Shown: positions 40,201 through 53,900 of the stretch, in pieces | How positions within the stretch are numbered: position 1 is the stretch's first letter | Layout: every line of letters begins with the position of its first letter | Source of the DNA: Trichinella spiralis | Lineage: Eukaryota | DNA length: 64,000 nt | Assembly: GCF_000181795.1 (NCBI RefSeq) | Contig: NW_003526945.1 | Span: 318,405 to 382,404 of the forward strand | Direction of reading: 5' to 3' | The notes under the pieces: model-generated | Told to the model about the DNA's origin: nothing | Seen by the model: the letters and a program-made list of their open reading frames with translations, nothing else | Database searches by the model: none | Made by a program: the position numbers and the translations under genes

Positions 40201-42170
40201 GTAGAAACTTATTTATTTATCTACTGCTTTCCTGTTTGTGCAAGCAAATTGCAAATGCAAATATCAAGTTATAAAAAAACCCCTTCACCGTGAATTTAAT
40301 ATACCTGCTTATTTTTACTTCTAAAAAAACAATTCACTTTACAATAACAAAACAATATGAACAATTTAATAAATAAATTAAATCTCTGATTTCAAATTGG
40401 AACACGTAAAATTTGACATTGGAAGAGAGTTAATTCATTTTGTCACATTTCAAATTGCTTAAATCAAAGCGTCTGATTTGAAGTGTCGTCAAAAAAGTTG
40501 AAACAAGTTTTCACTTGGACCCAAAATTGAAAATTTCCACAAAAGCATCAAAGTTACTTCACTGAATGTATTTTCATGTTTTACTTAATCAACTAGTATT
40601 ATTAGTATTCATAATTTTATTTTTCAACAGATATTTTCACAACTCCTATTAAGCATGCCTAAAATTGTCACTTAAAGAGAAATGTTTATTCTTCACTATT
40701 ATCATTTTCATCAACATTGTACAGAAAATAAATTTCAAGTACATTGATCATCATCTTCTACTTAATTTTCATCTATCTTCTTTCTGTTGGTACCAAAATA
40801 AATAAACACAATGAAATATGGAATGGTTTGAATTTTTAAAAACCTTCCACTTAATTGACCAAATTTACGTTGAAATATTTTGATGTCAAAATTTAATGCC
40901 AACTTTTTCAGCTTCGCATTGGCTCTTTGCCGACGGCATTGTTGGACAAAGCAAGTCAGTGGAAAAAGAATACACGTTGGGCGCCTTGTTTGAAACCATT
41001 CATGCAGCTGAACAGAAGGGGGGGAAAGGGAAGAGAGAAGTGGGGGGGGGGAAATTGTTCGATTCAAAAATTTTCAAGCCCAGCCCAGCCGTGTTTCAGC
41101 TTTTGTCATTTCGACAAGCGTTCATTTTGTCAGCTCTGTCCCAAATATTCGCTGATGACGAAAGCGCACGTCCACCGGGACTGGATGCTGATTGTTACAG
41201 TTCACAAAATGGTGAACACAGCGATGTGTCATAGTCGTCAGTGTTGACCCAATTTTAATACAATTACAGAAAGGAAGAACAGTTCTATGTCGTTTTGATT
41301 GACGACCGTTCAAGCTTGAACACTTTTGACGATTGTTGAAAAAATTTAAAAAAACTGAAACAAATAGGCCACTGCGATCCTTGATACATGGAACTGTCTT
41401 ATTTTTAAATAATCTTCACAAATTTTACCAATTTTTCTTTCTTTACTTTACTTGGAATTGCAACGCACAATCTTTTCCAATTCCGCGCACCAGCCACAAT
41501 TAGCTCAGAAATCTATGTGATGTGCAGGTTCTTACTGTAACGATGAACAATTTATTTACAAACTGTTTTCGTACAATAGATAGATGATTTTCATTTCAAC
41601 TGATCTAGTTTTATTATTTTTTGCGTATATGACTAGATTTGAAAAAATGTCTTAATTCATTACATGCACAGTTAGTTGACATTCGATTCAGAGGAGCGTT
41701 ATTATTATTCATATTTTCCCCAGTTCCCATTAACCAAAGTTACAACTTTGCTCGCTCAACAAGAACATCATCATCAACGTATTAAGAAGATAAGAACTGA
41801 CACATCACAACACAGACATCTTAATTTGTCATTCCACAATGATGAGTAAATTCAGTATGCAGAAAAATATCCAAATGATCAATTAAGAATAATAACAAAA
41901 TAAAATGTGTATAATTGTTAAGGTGAAAAGTATAGATGCTTTTGAAAAAACAAGCTGAATTTTGAATGGCGAAATTTAATGAAAACAACGTTTCAATCAA
42001 AAATTACATTCGAAGCTGGAATCTAGTTCACGTTGCGTGTTTGCATGCTAATTAAATAATCTCTTTCAAAAGTACGTGACCATTATATGACTGGAAAATT
42101 GAAACATTGTCCAATTTTAACAATAAATCAAAAATTTATTCGTTGACAGCAGAAAAGAATTATTTCATTA

Positions 42171-42205
42171 CAATACAATACAATACAATACAATACAATA
42201 CAATA
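42171..42205. repeat. (CAATA)7 pentanucleotide microsatellite
   Basis: Read directly from the sequence. Confidence 0.95.
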
Positions 42206-43375
42206 TAATACAGTACTATACATTTTATGAATCATCAGATTCTATTATCAGAATGAAAAAGTTGACAACAGAAAAGAAGAATAAATTTATTAAATATTGT
42301 TTTAAATTTTTAATTGAAGCAGATGTTTGATGATAACATTTGTGAAAAGAGTTAACTTTCGCGTAATGCATGGTAAGAATAAATGTAATTTTTACCCAAG
42401 GCACGGTGTTTCAGAAAAAAGGAGGTTACAACGGTGATAATAAATATCTCTAAGCATTATTTGATGTAAATTCTTACCGTTACTGAACCGGTTCTTAGCC
42501 GTCCAAACTAGAACTTTGCTGCACAGCTTTACAGGCAAATTGTTTTATTGCTTTCTAATGTATGAAAAGTGTCACATTACTTTGATCAATAACAAAGATT
42601 CGAATAATAAATAATCAACATAATCTGAAATACTGAGCCATGTTAATTTATTTCCAACACTCAATTTGGCTTTATAATTTAAATATTTATACAAAAAAAT
42701 AAAAAAATGAAATTTCAACCTCATTCATATCATCTGCAATGATATTGTTGTTGCTAATGTTGAAATATTCTAATAAATAAAATTCAATCCAAATATTTAA
42801 AAATTAAATTAAAATTTTCACACTTTTTTATTTCAAAAATAATAAGAATAAGTACTGAATGACTGAATTTAACAATGTGATCAGTCAAAGCCAAGTAAGC
42901 AAATATTACAATAATGAAAAATATCATTACAGCAACCGCAACTAAAAGTCACATAATAAATGAATAAATGGAAGAAATAGTGCTAACATAAAAACAACTA
43001 CTATGAACAACTTTCGCAGAACAATTAACTTAGCAAATATCACATTCTATACCAATGAACAGTGGAAGAAAAATGAATAAAATACAGAGAAGTTCGTTTT
43101 TTTCACAAATGTTATCAGAAATAACAATAATAAATACCATTATGCAAATGACGAAACTGTGTCAACAGAAATTTCCCGCATACTGAACATATTCACAAAA
43201 AAATCTGAATAATAAAAATAAATCATCCTTCAAACTGTATAAAAATTAAACTGAATAAAACTGATAGTCAGTTAGTGGATTATTTTCATTGTTTTGTTTC
43301 AATTGAAACATTTTTTTAATTCAGCATACTGTAAGAGGTAAATACTAATCAACATTTTCAAAAGAAGAATAATTA

Positions 43376-43795
43376 TTATTCAATAAGCTGATTTAACATT
43401 GTAGTCATTGTTTTATCATCTATCGAACGATGGTGCAAACGACAAACAGCAGAGGCAAGCCATACTGCGAGAACGTGCTTGCAAATTTGAAAATGACCAT
43501 AAAGAACTTCATTAGCAAAAAATTCACACTTACAGTAATTGACTTTTGGCAAAACAAGCCAGGCAGTGTCGTCTTGGTCGACGACTTGAAATAAAATTTT
43601 CCCACTGGAGCTCACCAATCGGCAAATGGAATTACGATCGACAAGATTGAAGCTTTCAAGCACTGTCCGGCTGTCGAACACTGCGGACATGGCAAGCATG
43701 ATATCGTCCGCAATCATTCCGTCAGATTGATACCTCGCCTGCAGCTCATCAAGCAATCGTTCTACAATGCATCGCCAAGATACGGTTGTTTCCAT
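43376..43795 (-). CDS. ZSWIM7: Zinc finger SWIM domain protein 7 (SWS1, Shu complex, homologous recombination), 139 aa, single coding exon
   Basis: Uninterrupted ORF with SWIM motif YCKC-x15-CKHVLAV, and 'LVDRNSICRLVSSSGKILFQV' resembling ZSWIM7 'LVDRQSITLISSPSGRRVYQV'. Length matches the ~140 aa family. Confidence 0.9.
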   Translation of the reverse strand: METTVSWRCIVERLLDELQARYQSDGMIADDIMLAMSAVFDSRTVLESFNLVDRNSICRLVSSSGKILFQVVDQDDTAWLVLPKVNYCKCEFFANEVLYGHFQICKHVLAVWLASAVCRLHHRSIDDKTMTTMLNQLIE

Positions 43796-46756
43796 TTTTC
43801 AGTTCACAATTTCTTCAATTAACAAACAATCATATATCTATGGACAAAGCAAACCGTTTAATAATAATAATAATAAACGTAAAATTTCAAAATGAGACAC
43901 ATTATAAACATTCGATAAATATAAATCAGAAAAAGAATACAACTTACAGTCCTTGCGCACTTTGGATTTGGAAATTAAACTCAATAATAAATAAAATGCA
44001 CATCACATCAGTGCAATTGATAACTTTTACAAATAAAGATAAGGAAGATAACAAATATCGCGCGCATCATCATGCAAAATTATCATAGGTATTTGCATTT
44101 TATCCAATAACAACATTTAATCACTCACTAGTAATGACATTGGTAATATAATATTACAAGCTTCAACATGATAATAAATAGTACTTTTTCTCCACCCCTT
44201 GCGTCATTTCGAACATCACAATCAACGTTATACTATAATAACATCATTATATTATTATTATTATCATTATCATCAGTGGCATGGTGTGTATACAAAACTT
44301 ATCTATAATAATGCGCAAAATGAGATTGATGCCGCAGCTAAAACAGAAAAGAAATTCACGCGACTGATATAAATATATTCCTCAAATGAGAAAAAGAAGA
44401 ACAAAATTCAAATAATATTGCTATTAATAATAAAAGGCTTTTCAAAGACAAACGGTCTGCCAGTGTCAAGAGATGGAATAACCGAAATCAAAAATCCTTC
44501 GTTATTTTACAAACTACTCAACAACTTGATCTAAAAATATTTTGCAACCATCAAATCTTCTTCAACAGTAGTGAAGTGCGACTAAGATGAAGTTCCCAGT
44601 CAGTAAATTGCTCATCAGATTGTTCAAAGGATCAACAACTGCTGCAAAAAATGTACAATTAATTAATAAAATTTGTACAATCATAATTGGCAATTTTTGT
44701 TGGACATTTTAATTGCTAATTTTCATAATAATCAACAATTCAAAATGATAACAGTGTATGTCGCTTAGCGCCGTATTTTGCTAGCTTAGCGTATCTCGTT
44801 TCGTGATGCAATGCTAATTCAAAAGCCTACTTTTGCAATTCAACAAATTCAAACATCATTGTGCACAAAATGAACAAAAACGTTCTGCTACATCTGTTTT
44901 TTGTATACCATAATAAAATTTCGTTGAAGGGGTTGTTGTGAATTTTTTTTCAAAACAATTTCCTCAACAATCAAATCAGAGTTGGCTGGTTGGTTGTTAA
45001 AAAATGGCGATTCAATGCTTACTTTGCTGTTGTAATTAAATTTAAAAAAGAAATGCACAAAATTTAAATAAAATAATAATGCAACTCACTTTCGAAACGT
45101 CGCATTACGTCATATATACAACATCGTTCCTGTTCAAAAGAGAAAAAGCAATGAACAAAAAAAATAATAAAATTGACCAGCTTAATAAAATAAGCAGATA
45201 TAGTTGCTATGCTAATTTGTTCATAGCGTGTAAATCAAGAACAGTTGTTCAACATGAGATAGATACAATGATTTTTTTCTAAACAACTTTACTTCAACAA
45301 CGAACAGATCAGGTCCATATATGTGACCACAGTCGAGTGTATGAAAAACAAAAAAGGGATAAAAATTGCGAGGCAAGTTGTACGGATGAAAGACACCAGC
45401 GTCGGCGCTGCGACGATTGGATACGGAGCTTTCTAGTCCATAGCGAAACTTGTGCTCGTCCCAGTTTTGTAAATCACCATCTCTTGAGATGCCGTCGTTG
45501 AACAAAAAACACTTTTTTGGGATTTTCTTTTTTTTCTCATCTTCCTCTATTCTTGTATTGTAATATTCGAAAAAAATAACAAGAAGTCAAGGGTAGGAGA
45601 GCGATCAGAAGAAGAAAAACTGTAAAGGCGTAGCACCGGGACCAGCAAATGCACGCACAAAGTAAAACTTCCAATCACTCAAATTACAATAATAACAACG
45701 TTATTATCATGTAATTACTGCAATAACATTACAACTTTGTACATATGCATTTACATATATTGTATATAACAATTTCCGCAAGATATTAAATAATAATTAT
45801 TATCACTATTACTTAATACTGCAAGAAATAATTAAATTACAGTATACGCACATGCATACATACATTCCATTCATATGTATAATATTATTAACAGGGTATA
45901 AAACAACATCAATAATAACGTTACTATTATTTCATGAAAAAATTGTTTCTCAACCTCTCAACCATCAAGCTGAAAGAGAAATAAAAATGAAAAACAAAAT
46001 GCAAATAATATTTAAAAAATAACAAAAAGGTCGACGTCAAAAAAAACAGCAGCGTCCACCGGAAACTGTGTGCTCGCACTTCGTAACACATCACACTACG
46101 GTTCCATGCAAACACATTATAAAAATGTGCATATACCCTAAATACTACACGCAGGAAAAAGCTGTGTTTCCAAAAAGAAACAAAAAGTGCATGCATAGAT
46201 GATGAAAGAGAAGTGATCGAGCATGGGGCGAAACCTGCTGTAATGATTTTCATAATATAACTTTTCATCACAAAAATAAAAAAAAAAGTAAAAGATTTGC
46301 CATGAAATGACGCATATTCAAATAAATAAATAAATAAATATAAGCACACATACAAAGGACAAGACAGGGTAAAAACATGCAAATTTTGAAATGAATGCTA
46401 TCAACGTAATCGTGCAATAAGCTATGCATGAAAGATAAAAGTAGATCATGGTGCTGGATAATCAATTAAGTTTTCATTTGGAAAAATGAATAAAACCAGC
46501 ATGCTCAGGCACTCTAGTAATAAAAATCACGCATGAGTTATGCAAAAAATTATGCTCGGATAAAGGAAAAGAAAGCAGAAAAAAACTGACCTATTCAAAC
46601 AAATAAAACAAATAAATATTTGGGACTCGTGCAAAAACAGCAAGACGGGCTGAGACACGCAAGGCTTGGCAAATATCGCTGTGACTAACGTAGTCGTCGC
46701 CCAGCTCGACTGAAAATACCGAGCATGCCTTTGAAAAATACAATTATTTCAGAATT

Positions 46757-49026
46757 TTAATTGTTGTCCTGCGAAGCAGGCGGCGCGTTATGCGCTCGCA
46801 AAGCTTCAGGATCTACGGGGCCGACAGGGGGTGCCGGCATACCGGCTTGCATACTGGGCGGGTGGTAGTAATTGCTAAAGGGGAAACCGGGGTACATAGC
46901 TCCTGTACTCAGAACCGGGATGCCAATTCCGTTCATTACGACGTTCATTGCCGAATTGGCCGGCCCTATGAATGGCCCAAGCCCGTAAGTGTGGCTCAAC
47001 GTTGGCTGGCCGAATTGCACCAAAGCGGGACTGGGCAGGCCCGGAATCAATCCGGTCGAGTGGGCTAACTGTGGTCCGAAGTCGCCACCGGGAACCGACA
47101 ACGACTGTGGTTCCACCTTCGGCCAAACTGGACCTGGTGGTGCCGACGGCCCTGCCACACCCCAGGCGCTTCCGGTTGCAACTGTGGGTGTAGGTTGTGT
47201 CGACACCGGCGCCAAAAAATTTGTATTACTACGAACCGGGGGAAATTCCGAATCTGACGACGGCGGCGATCGGACACGGGTCGGTGGTTTTTTTGAAGTG
47301 GAAGCGGTGCCCCAGCGTCCACACTTCACCACCGATGTCATCCGCGGCAAATGCTGCGGTCGCTGACCGCTGCCCACAACTCGAAACAGGCTATCCAAAC
47401 TTTCTTCTTCCACAGCCGACAAGCCTTCCGACGACTGCGCGGCTGTCGCTGATCGCGGCTCGCCAATGCCCAAATCCACGACACCCTGACTCCAAGAGTC
47501 GCTTGGTTCTGGTTTAACCTGTACAGTTTGCTCCGGCTTCACCTTCAATTTAATGCTCAGCTCCTCTAGCTGAGGCTTCTGGTCTTTCGACAACAAATCT
47601 GGCGTCTTAGGTGGTGTGACCGCGTGCGCCGAACACTGGTGATAGATCAAAGCGTGGGGGACGCTGAACTTTTTCGTACAGTTCGGCGCACAGCATTGGA
47701 ACAGCAGCGGCGAATGGCGTTCCAATTCGACCGTGCTAAGCACCGGCCTAGGCGAGCTAAGCCGGGCCGCCGCGGCCGCTGTCGCCGCCGCCTTGCTAGT
47801 CGATGCTCCATTAGCGGTCAACTCGCCAGCCCCTGCGCCCCCGCCGGACCGCTGCGAGCCGGAACCGACCGCGCAAGAGCGCTTGCTGCACCTGCCACCT
47901 TTTCCCAAACCACGCGATGTGTGATCCGGATCCAAGTTCGGGGACTCACATACACTGAAAAACAAACACACTAATAGAAACCCTTCACTTCACTTGCAAT
48001 GAATGTATAATATTCAAATTTCCCAACTTATGCAAAATTCAAATTTTTTGAAAAAAAATATCTACAATCCAAAGCATGCTCTCTGCACAGCAGAAGTAAA
48101 AATTTGAAACATCCCACCTCTCTCCAATCAATAAAACCACCTACATCAAAATATTACCACTAAAATCATTTTCACCAATAATAACATTCACTTAAACATA
48201 AAATATTGTTACTTCACATATGCTCTTCTTTTTTTTAAATAAAATTCATCTTCAAATCTGGCCATGCCCGCTGTATTGCCTCCCATAAAATTAAAATAAA
48301 ATATACAATAAAATAAAATAAATACAAAATTATAACACAGCAGAACGAATTTTATAATTCTTACTGAAATTTGCTTACTATTCTAAAAATGTAAGCATTC
48401 ACTCACCGTGGCGGGGCGTAATTATACTTCGACAAGTCCAAAAGAGAACCGACGTATGTACGATCACGCCACGTAACGTTGACCACAAGTAAACCTTAAA
48501 TAAATAAATAAATAAATAAACTGCACAACAATTCAAATATAAATTTTAACATTCACATTAACTGAAATAAACTAATACTAACCGGCAGAAGGATTTTCGC
48601 TCCACACGATACCTTCTAAAGCAACCGATGTCCCCGGTTCACACGCACCCATCAAACTTTCATCAGTAGAGGTCGCCACTGAGCGAACCCAGGTGCTGCA
48701 ATCGCGCTTGTCTGACAGCTAAAAACATTCAAATCATCAGATCATAAAAAAACAATAATATCAATCATATTGATATGATGATATCAATCGCGTGTTAATC
48801 AAAAGTATACATTTTTTAATATAAAATATTGCGGTTCACATTAATTAACATTTAAACTTTCAGATAAATCATTCTTTTCTCACTTTCCTCTATGTGCACT
48901 CTTTTTATTATCAACAAAATTCAAAAATTCCTTATTAATATAGACAATTCACATATTTCTTTCATATTTACTTCTTGAAAAGCATAATTAACATTTACAC
49001 TTCACAACCATTAGTTTAATAAATAA

Positions 49027-49124
<98 letters not shown>

Positions 49125-50913
49125 CTTTTAGCAAACAACATTTAATAATCATCATTAAAAAAACAAACTACAAAATACAAACAGTGCGCAAAATTAAACA
49201 AATCACTTCACTGTTAAATATATACTAAATGAAGGAATGATAGGAATCTTTTGTTTACCAAAATTATTAAACATATATTTATAAAAATTAACAAAAGGCA
49301 CTTCACCTGTGCATAAATTATACCCAAATTAAACACACTACATTTATAACGCTGGCATATGAACAAATAAAAAAATCACCTTCGAGTAAAATTATAAAAT
49401 GCCACAATAAAATTTCAATTTCTAATAGAAAAGAAAACATACGCTGCTGCTGCTCTTTCAAGCAAGTTCAGGAAAATGCTGAATACTGTCAAAAGACTAC
49501 CTTCCAGAACCCCTTTATCATGACTAAATTACCTAGTTCTCCATATTTTCACATCATACATCACTTTTTTAAATACAAATAAATTATAAAAAAAAATAAA
49601 TTATAGTGTGTATTCTCATAAAAAATTTTAGAAGAATTACAAATTTTCTCAAAATTGAAACTCAAGTTTAAAATTTCTTAGCTAAAAATGGAACGATATA
49701 TACGCTGCAACTCTAGAAAACAGTAGAAAAAGTTGAATAAATCCAACAGTCTATACAAGTATCCCTAAAACAATCTAACATGATTCACTTACATTTTCAA
49801 ACTTGAAGTGTTTGTACACACGTCTTAATACAAAGTGAACAAGTTCTACATATTAAAATTTGGATTACAAAAACAGTATCTTAAATTATATTCATTTAAT
49901 TTAATACAATTATCGCTTATAACTTATTACATTTTATAAAACTATAGTATAAAATTTAGAATACATCCTACCTGCAGATCAAATTAATATCATACAGTAA
50001 GAACAATTCTCAATTGCGGAAAAAATCTATTCTAAACTTCGTTACTACTTTTGCAAATGAACCCCAGCAGCGATATCGGAAGTTTAAAATCTGTTATAAA
50101 CAAAGGGACACACCTGTCACCGCCTTAATTTCAGTGGTCACTACCGCACACAGAATCCGGTTGGCGACCGTAAAACAAAAAAAGTTGAAAAAAAGCATCT
50201 CATATAAGACAAAATGTTTTAAAAAACCATCCTGATGTACTTCCCTACTGTAAAGAAAGATCACTTACTTGTTCTGCTTACATTTAGAATTCTTGTTTGA
50301 CAAAACAAGTAAACAAACTTACATAAATATTCCCCTCGGGGGGTGGTGTGGCTGCCTGACGTGAGTCCGATGTTGGTGGAGGAGTATGAGGTGCCGGAAC
50401 AGGCGAATACCCACTCTGATCTTCGCTGTCCGATTCGTCGGCAGTTCTGCCAGAATTCTTTACACTTTCAATTGCAGCATTTACTGCCTTCTCTAGGGCA
50501 TCATCCGGCACACTGACCACTTCGTGTCTAGCACCAGATTGGCGCGTTTCCATTTTCTGACGCTTTATTTTCATTTTAATAGCCCGACTGCTGTTACTGG
50601 GGCGAACTTCCATTGCCGCCGCGACCAATTCTTCATCACGTTTTTGCATATCGGCCATAAACGTGGATCCTTTTGGCGACGATGGCCTAGTCTGTTGTTT
50701 CTTACATGCCGTCGGGGTTTTAACGACATGGGGTTGCTGACCAGTTGGTACGCCGTTGCTTCCAACTGGGGTCATCCGACGCTTGCCGCCCGCCGCTTTT
50801 CCACTAGAACTTCCCTTATTGGCCGATGACAAATCGTCGCCATCGTTTTCCACATCCGCTTCATCATCCTTTGACTTAGCTGTGCTGCTATTCACACTGT
50901 TACTACGCATCAT
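46757..50913 (-). CDS. ZNF608: ZNF608/ZNF609/scribbler (brakeless)-like transcriptional cofactor, 4 coding exons (about 50913-50323, 48718-48583, 48494-48407, 47955-46757)
   Basis: Spliced small exons give '[57 protein letters not shown]', the hallmark conserved domain of this family. A single C2H2 finger [24 protein letters not shown] follows. Splice phases are consistent. Confidence 0.9.
49029..49123. repeat. Long (AC)n followed by (AT)n microsatellite in ZNF608-like intron 1
   Basis: About 68 nt of AC repeats, then about 27 nt of AT repeats. Confidence 0.97.
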
Positions 50914-53900
50914 TCTAAAAAAGAATAAATAAAAATAACAAAAAAAATGTAACTAAACAAAACAACAACGCAGTCAAAACCACCCGTTCTACTCGTTTGT
51001 ACTGTATAAAGGCAATACAGTGACAAGTTGAAAAAAAACGCTCGCGGCTAGTTAAAAGTTAATTATAAGCGGACAATTTGGGCGTTGCCAGCGGCAAGTA
51101 AACACAAAATGCGCGCGCTTTGGCCAGATCGATCGACCAGCCGTTGAAAAGGTGGAGAATGGGCGCGTAAAAAGCACAACAGCACAAAAACCGACAACAA
51201 CTGATTGACATTGACAAACAGTGAAGACGCGGTCGAACTAATTTGACACACGCACGACCGTGCGACAAAAGGCGGAACTAGAACGCACGTGCACACTGTT
51301 CAAACAAGCATAGCTTCCAGAAGCCGCTTTCAAGCACGGCGGGCAATCAGCTTCATCTCGGCATTCTCTTCTGTCGTCAGCGTGTTCTTCAAACTTCAGC
51401 GCAATGCATACTCATCCACGTTCACTCGACCACAAGCAAGCCGACCACTCGCAAACCGACCACCAGCAAACTGACCCGACTACCAATTACCACTTGGCCC
51501 ATCACACTATCGTGACGTGTACATTTTTTAATGCCCTCAGGCACGTTCTTACAAGCAATACAGTACAGATTCCTTTGAAATCGTTGTGCGCATAGAAATC
51601 GAAGAAAAGTTCAATTGAAATAAAGCAGACACTCATCAACCAACAGAACCGTACAAATAATCACTTCCCATTCAATAAACATACCGGGCAATGATGACGA
51701 CAACGTGAACCGTTCAGAACATCATTTTGATCAGCAGGTACGTAAAAAATGGCGCTTTGAGTATTTTGAAGAAAATAAATTAGTAAAGGGATTGCTTACA
51801 ATGGAATATTGCACAATTTTACATGGGATACCATTTTCTTTCATTATCAAAATCAATTTTGCTAATTTAAGCTGCTACTAAAATAATATACAGGATTACT
51901 GTAACCTACATAAATTTAATTTACTGTGAAAATTTCGACATCATAATTTTTCAGTGATATTAAAATATTCAATATTAAATACAATTTTAAATTTTCATAA
52001 AAATTTTATTTCTAAATTTTTAATATAAATTATACTCATAAAATAAATTCATAAAATTGTATAAAGCTTCATAAAATTCATATAAAATATTCACTATATT
52101 TTAAGCGTAGCTTTATTTCAGAATTATATTCTTTATTTATACATCTGATAATATAAAAAAGGATTACTGTATTTGAAAAGACGCGCTCAAAAGAAATTAA
52201 CTAAGAATTTCAATTATGTTGATAAGGCATTTTGAAAAACATACATGAAACATTTAGTGTACAATTTTAGAATTATTACTATTTTATTTTGTTGTAGCAA
52301 CATTAATGTATAATTGTAAAATTATCACAGTTTAATTTTACTGTGACTCAATTTTTATTGCAGTTATATTAAGTGTATTCATAATACATAGAAAAGTAAA
52401 TATATTTCTGTAAGTTGAAAGTGCAATTTGATACTGAGAATTTATAAGATAAAAAGTAAATATAAAACATCAAATATTTTAAAATGTGACGGATGCTGTA
52501 CTTGTTCAGTTACAAATAGCCTGCCATAAAAGCGTATTTGTGTTGCGCTTAATTGCGACAACTGAAATCTCTTTTCCGAAACAAATGAAACAGTATACTT
52601 GATTAAAGAATATTAATAAACTTCAACACTAACCTATTTTTAACATTATATAAAAAATCTGATTATTTATATTTAATAACGTTAGGAAGACCAGTTGTAC
52701 TGCTATGGCAAGCAAATAGCTATAAATTGAAAACAGTAATAAAAATAATAAACGAAGATAAAATGTTTTTCTAAAGCCAGAGTTCTTCCAAAGTATTCTT
52801 CAATCAATAAAAGTATCATTATTTGTAATAACAGTTATTAGATTTTCTGTAAATTATCATTGAATTTTTACATTTATTACTTTAGAAATGCTTCAAGTGG
52901 TGCATCTGTTTTTCGCAAATGGTTACTTTAATTGGAAAGGTCGAGTGTTGATAAATTATTGCATTATAAAATCATATCTCGAACAAAAATGTCTTTGGCA
53001 GAATGTTTTGTAAAATTTAACGTTTTCTTATACTTTAAAAACATTCTTTTCCAGTATTATATACATATAATTGCATGCAAGCAAATACAGCAACATATTA
53101 ATTAAGATTCAGTTTATTCAATTAAAATTAAATAATGGATATAATTTTCCCAGTTGTCTAGATGTCTCTTCCGCAATATTCATTTTTCATCGCTCTGTTT
53201 AGCTTCAATCCATAAGCGTATATGTTTGTGCATTATATTGACGATGACGCATTAGACACAAGGTGGTGTTTTATTCAGATTATTTATACTATTATTATTA
53301 TTATTATTATTAAAAATCATTATTGTGATTATTATTAAAACGTTCTTTTAATTTAAATTGTTTTGATTTTCAATTTCAAGCATAAAACGTAATTATTTAT
53401 CTATGAATTTAAGGATTGTTCGTAACTGCCACATAGCTAAAAGCAGTCTACTTAATGTACTATTTTTTCAGGGTTTTTGATATATTTTAGATTTTTTTCT
53501 ACTATCATAAACGTATTCTATATTAATTAATCGACTGGTCAATTGTTAATTACATTTATGTGAATTACTGTCTTCGTTACAGTAATTGTTTTCGTTGGTG
53601 ATCAGCATTATCTTTCATTTGAGTTTCATATCGAGATTCTGTGATTACATCGAGATCGATGATATTTTCATTTTTAAATATTGCTATGAAAAAGCACAGC
53701 TGAGAATAAAATAATGAAAATATGATTATTACTGTATTACAGGTATTTTACTGTTAATCAGGTTCGTTGTTTCTTCATTGAAAAATGTTTGCTAAAGCTG
53801 AATAAAGCTGCGTGCATTCGGCACATGGTATTCGTTTTGTATAATAAGTTGCTTGTAGTTAAGTATAGTTCCGTTTTATTATACATTTAAGAAAACTCAC

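Noticed and set aside
46790..47974. Many plus-strand and alternative-frame ORFs over the ZNF608-like last exon
   Set aside because: Shadow ORFs of a GC-rich coding exon.
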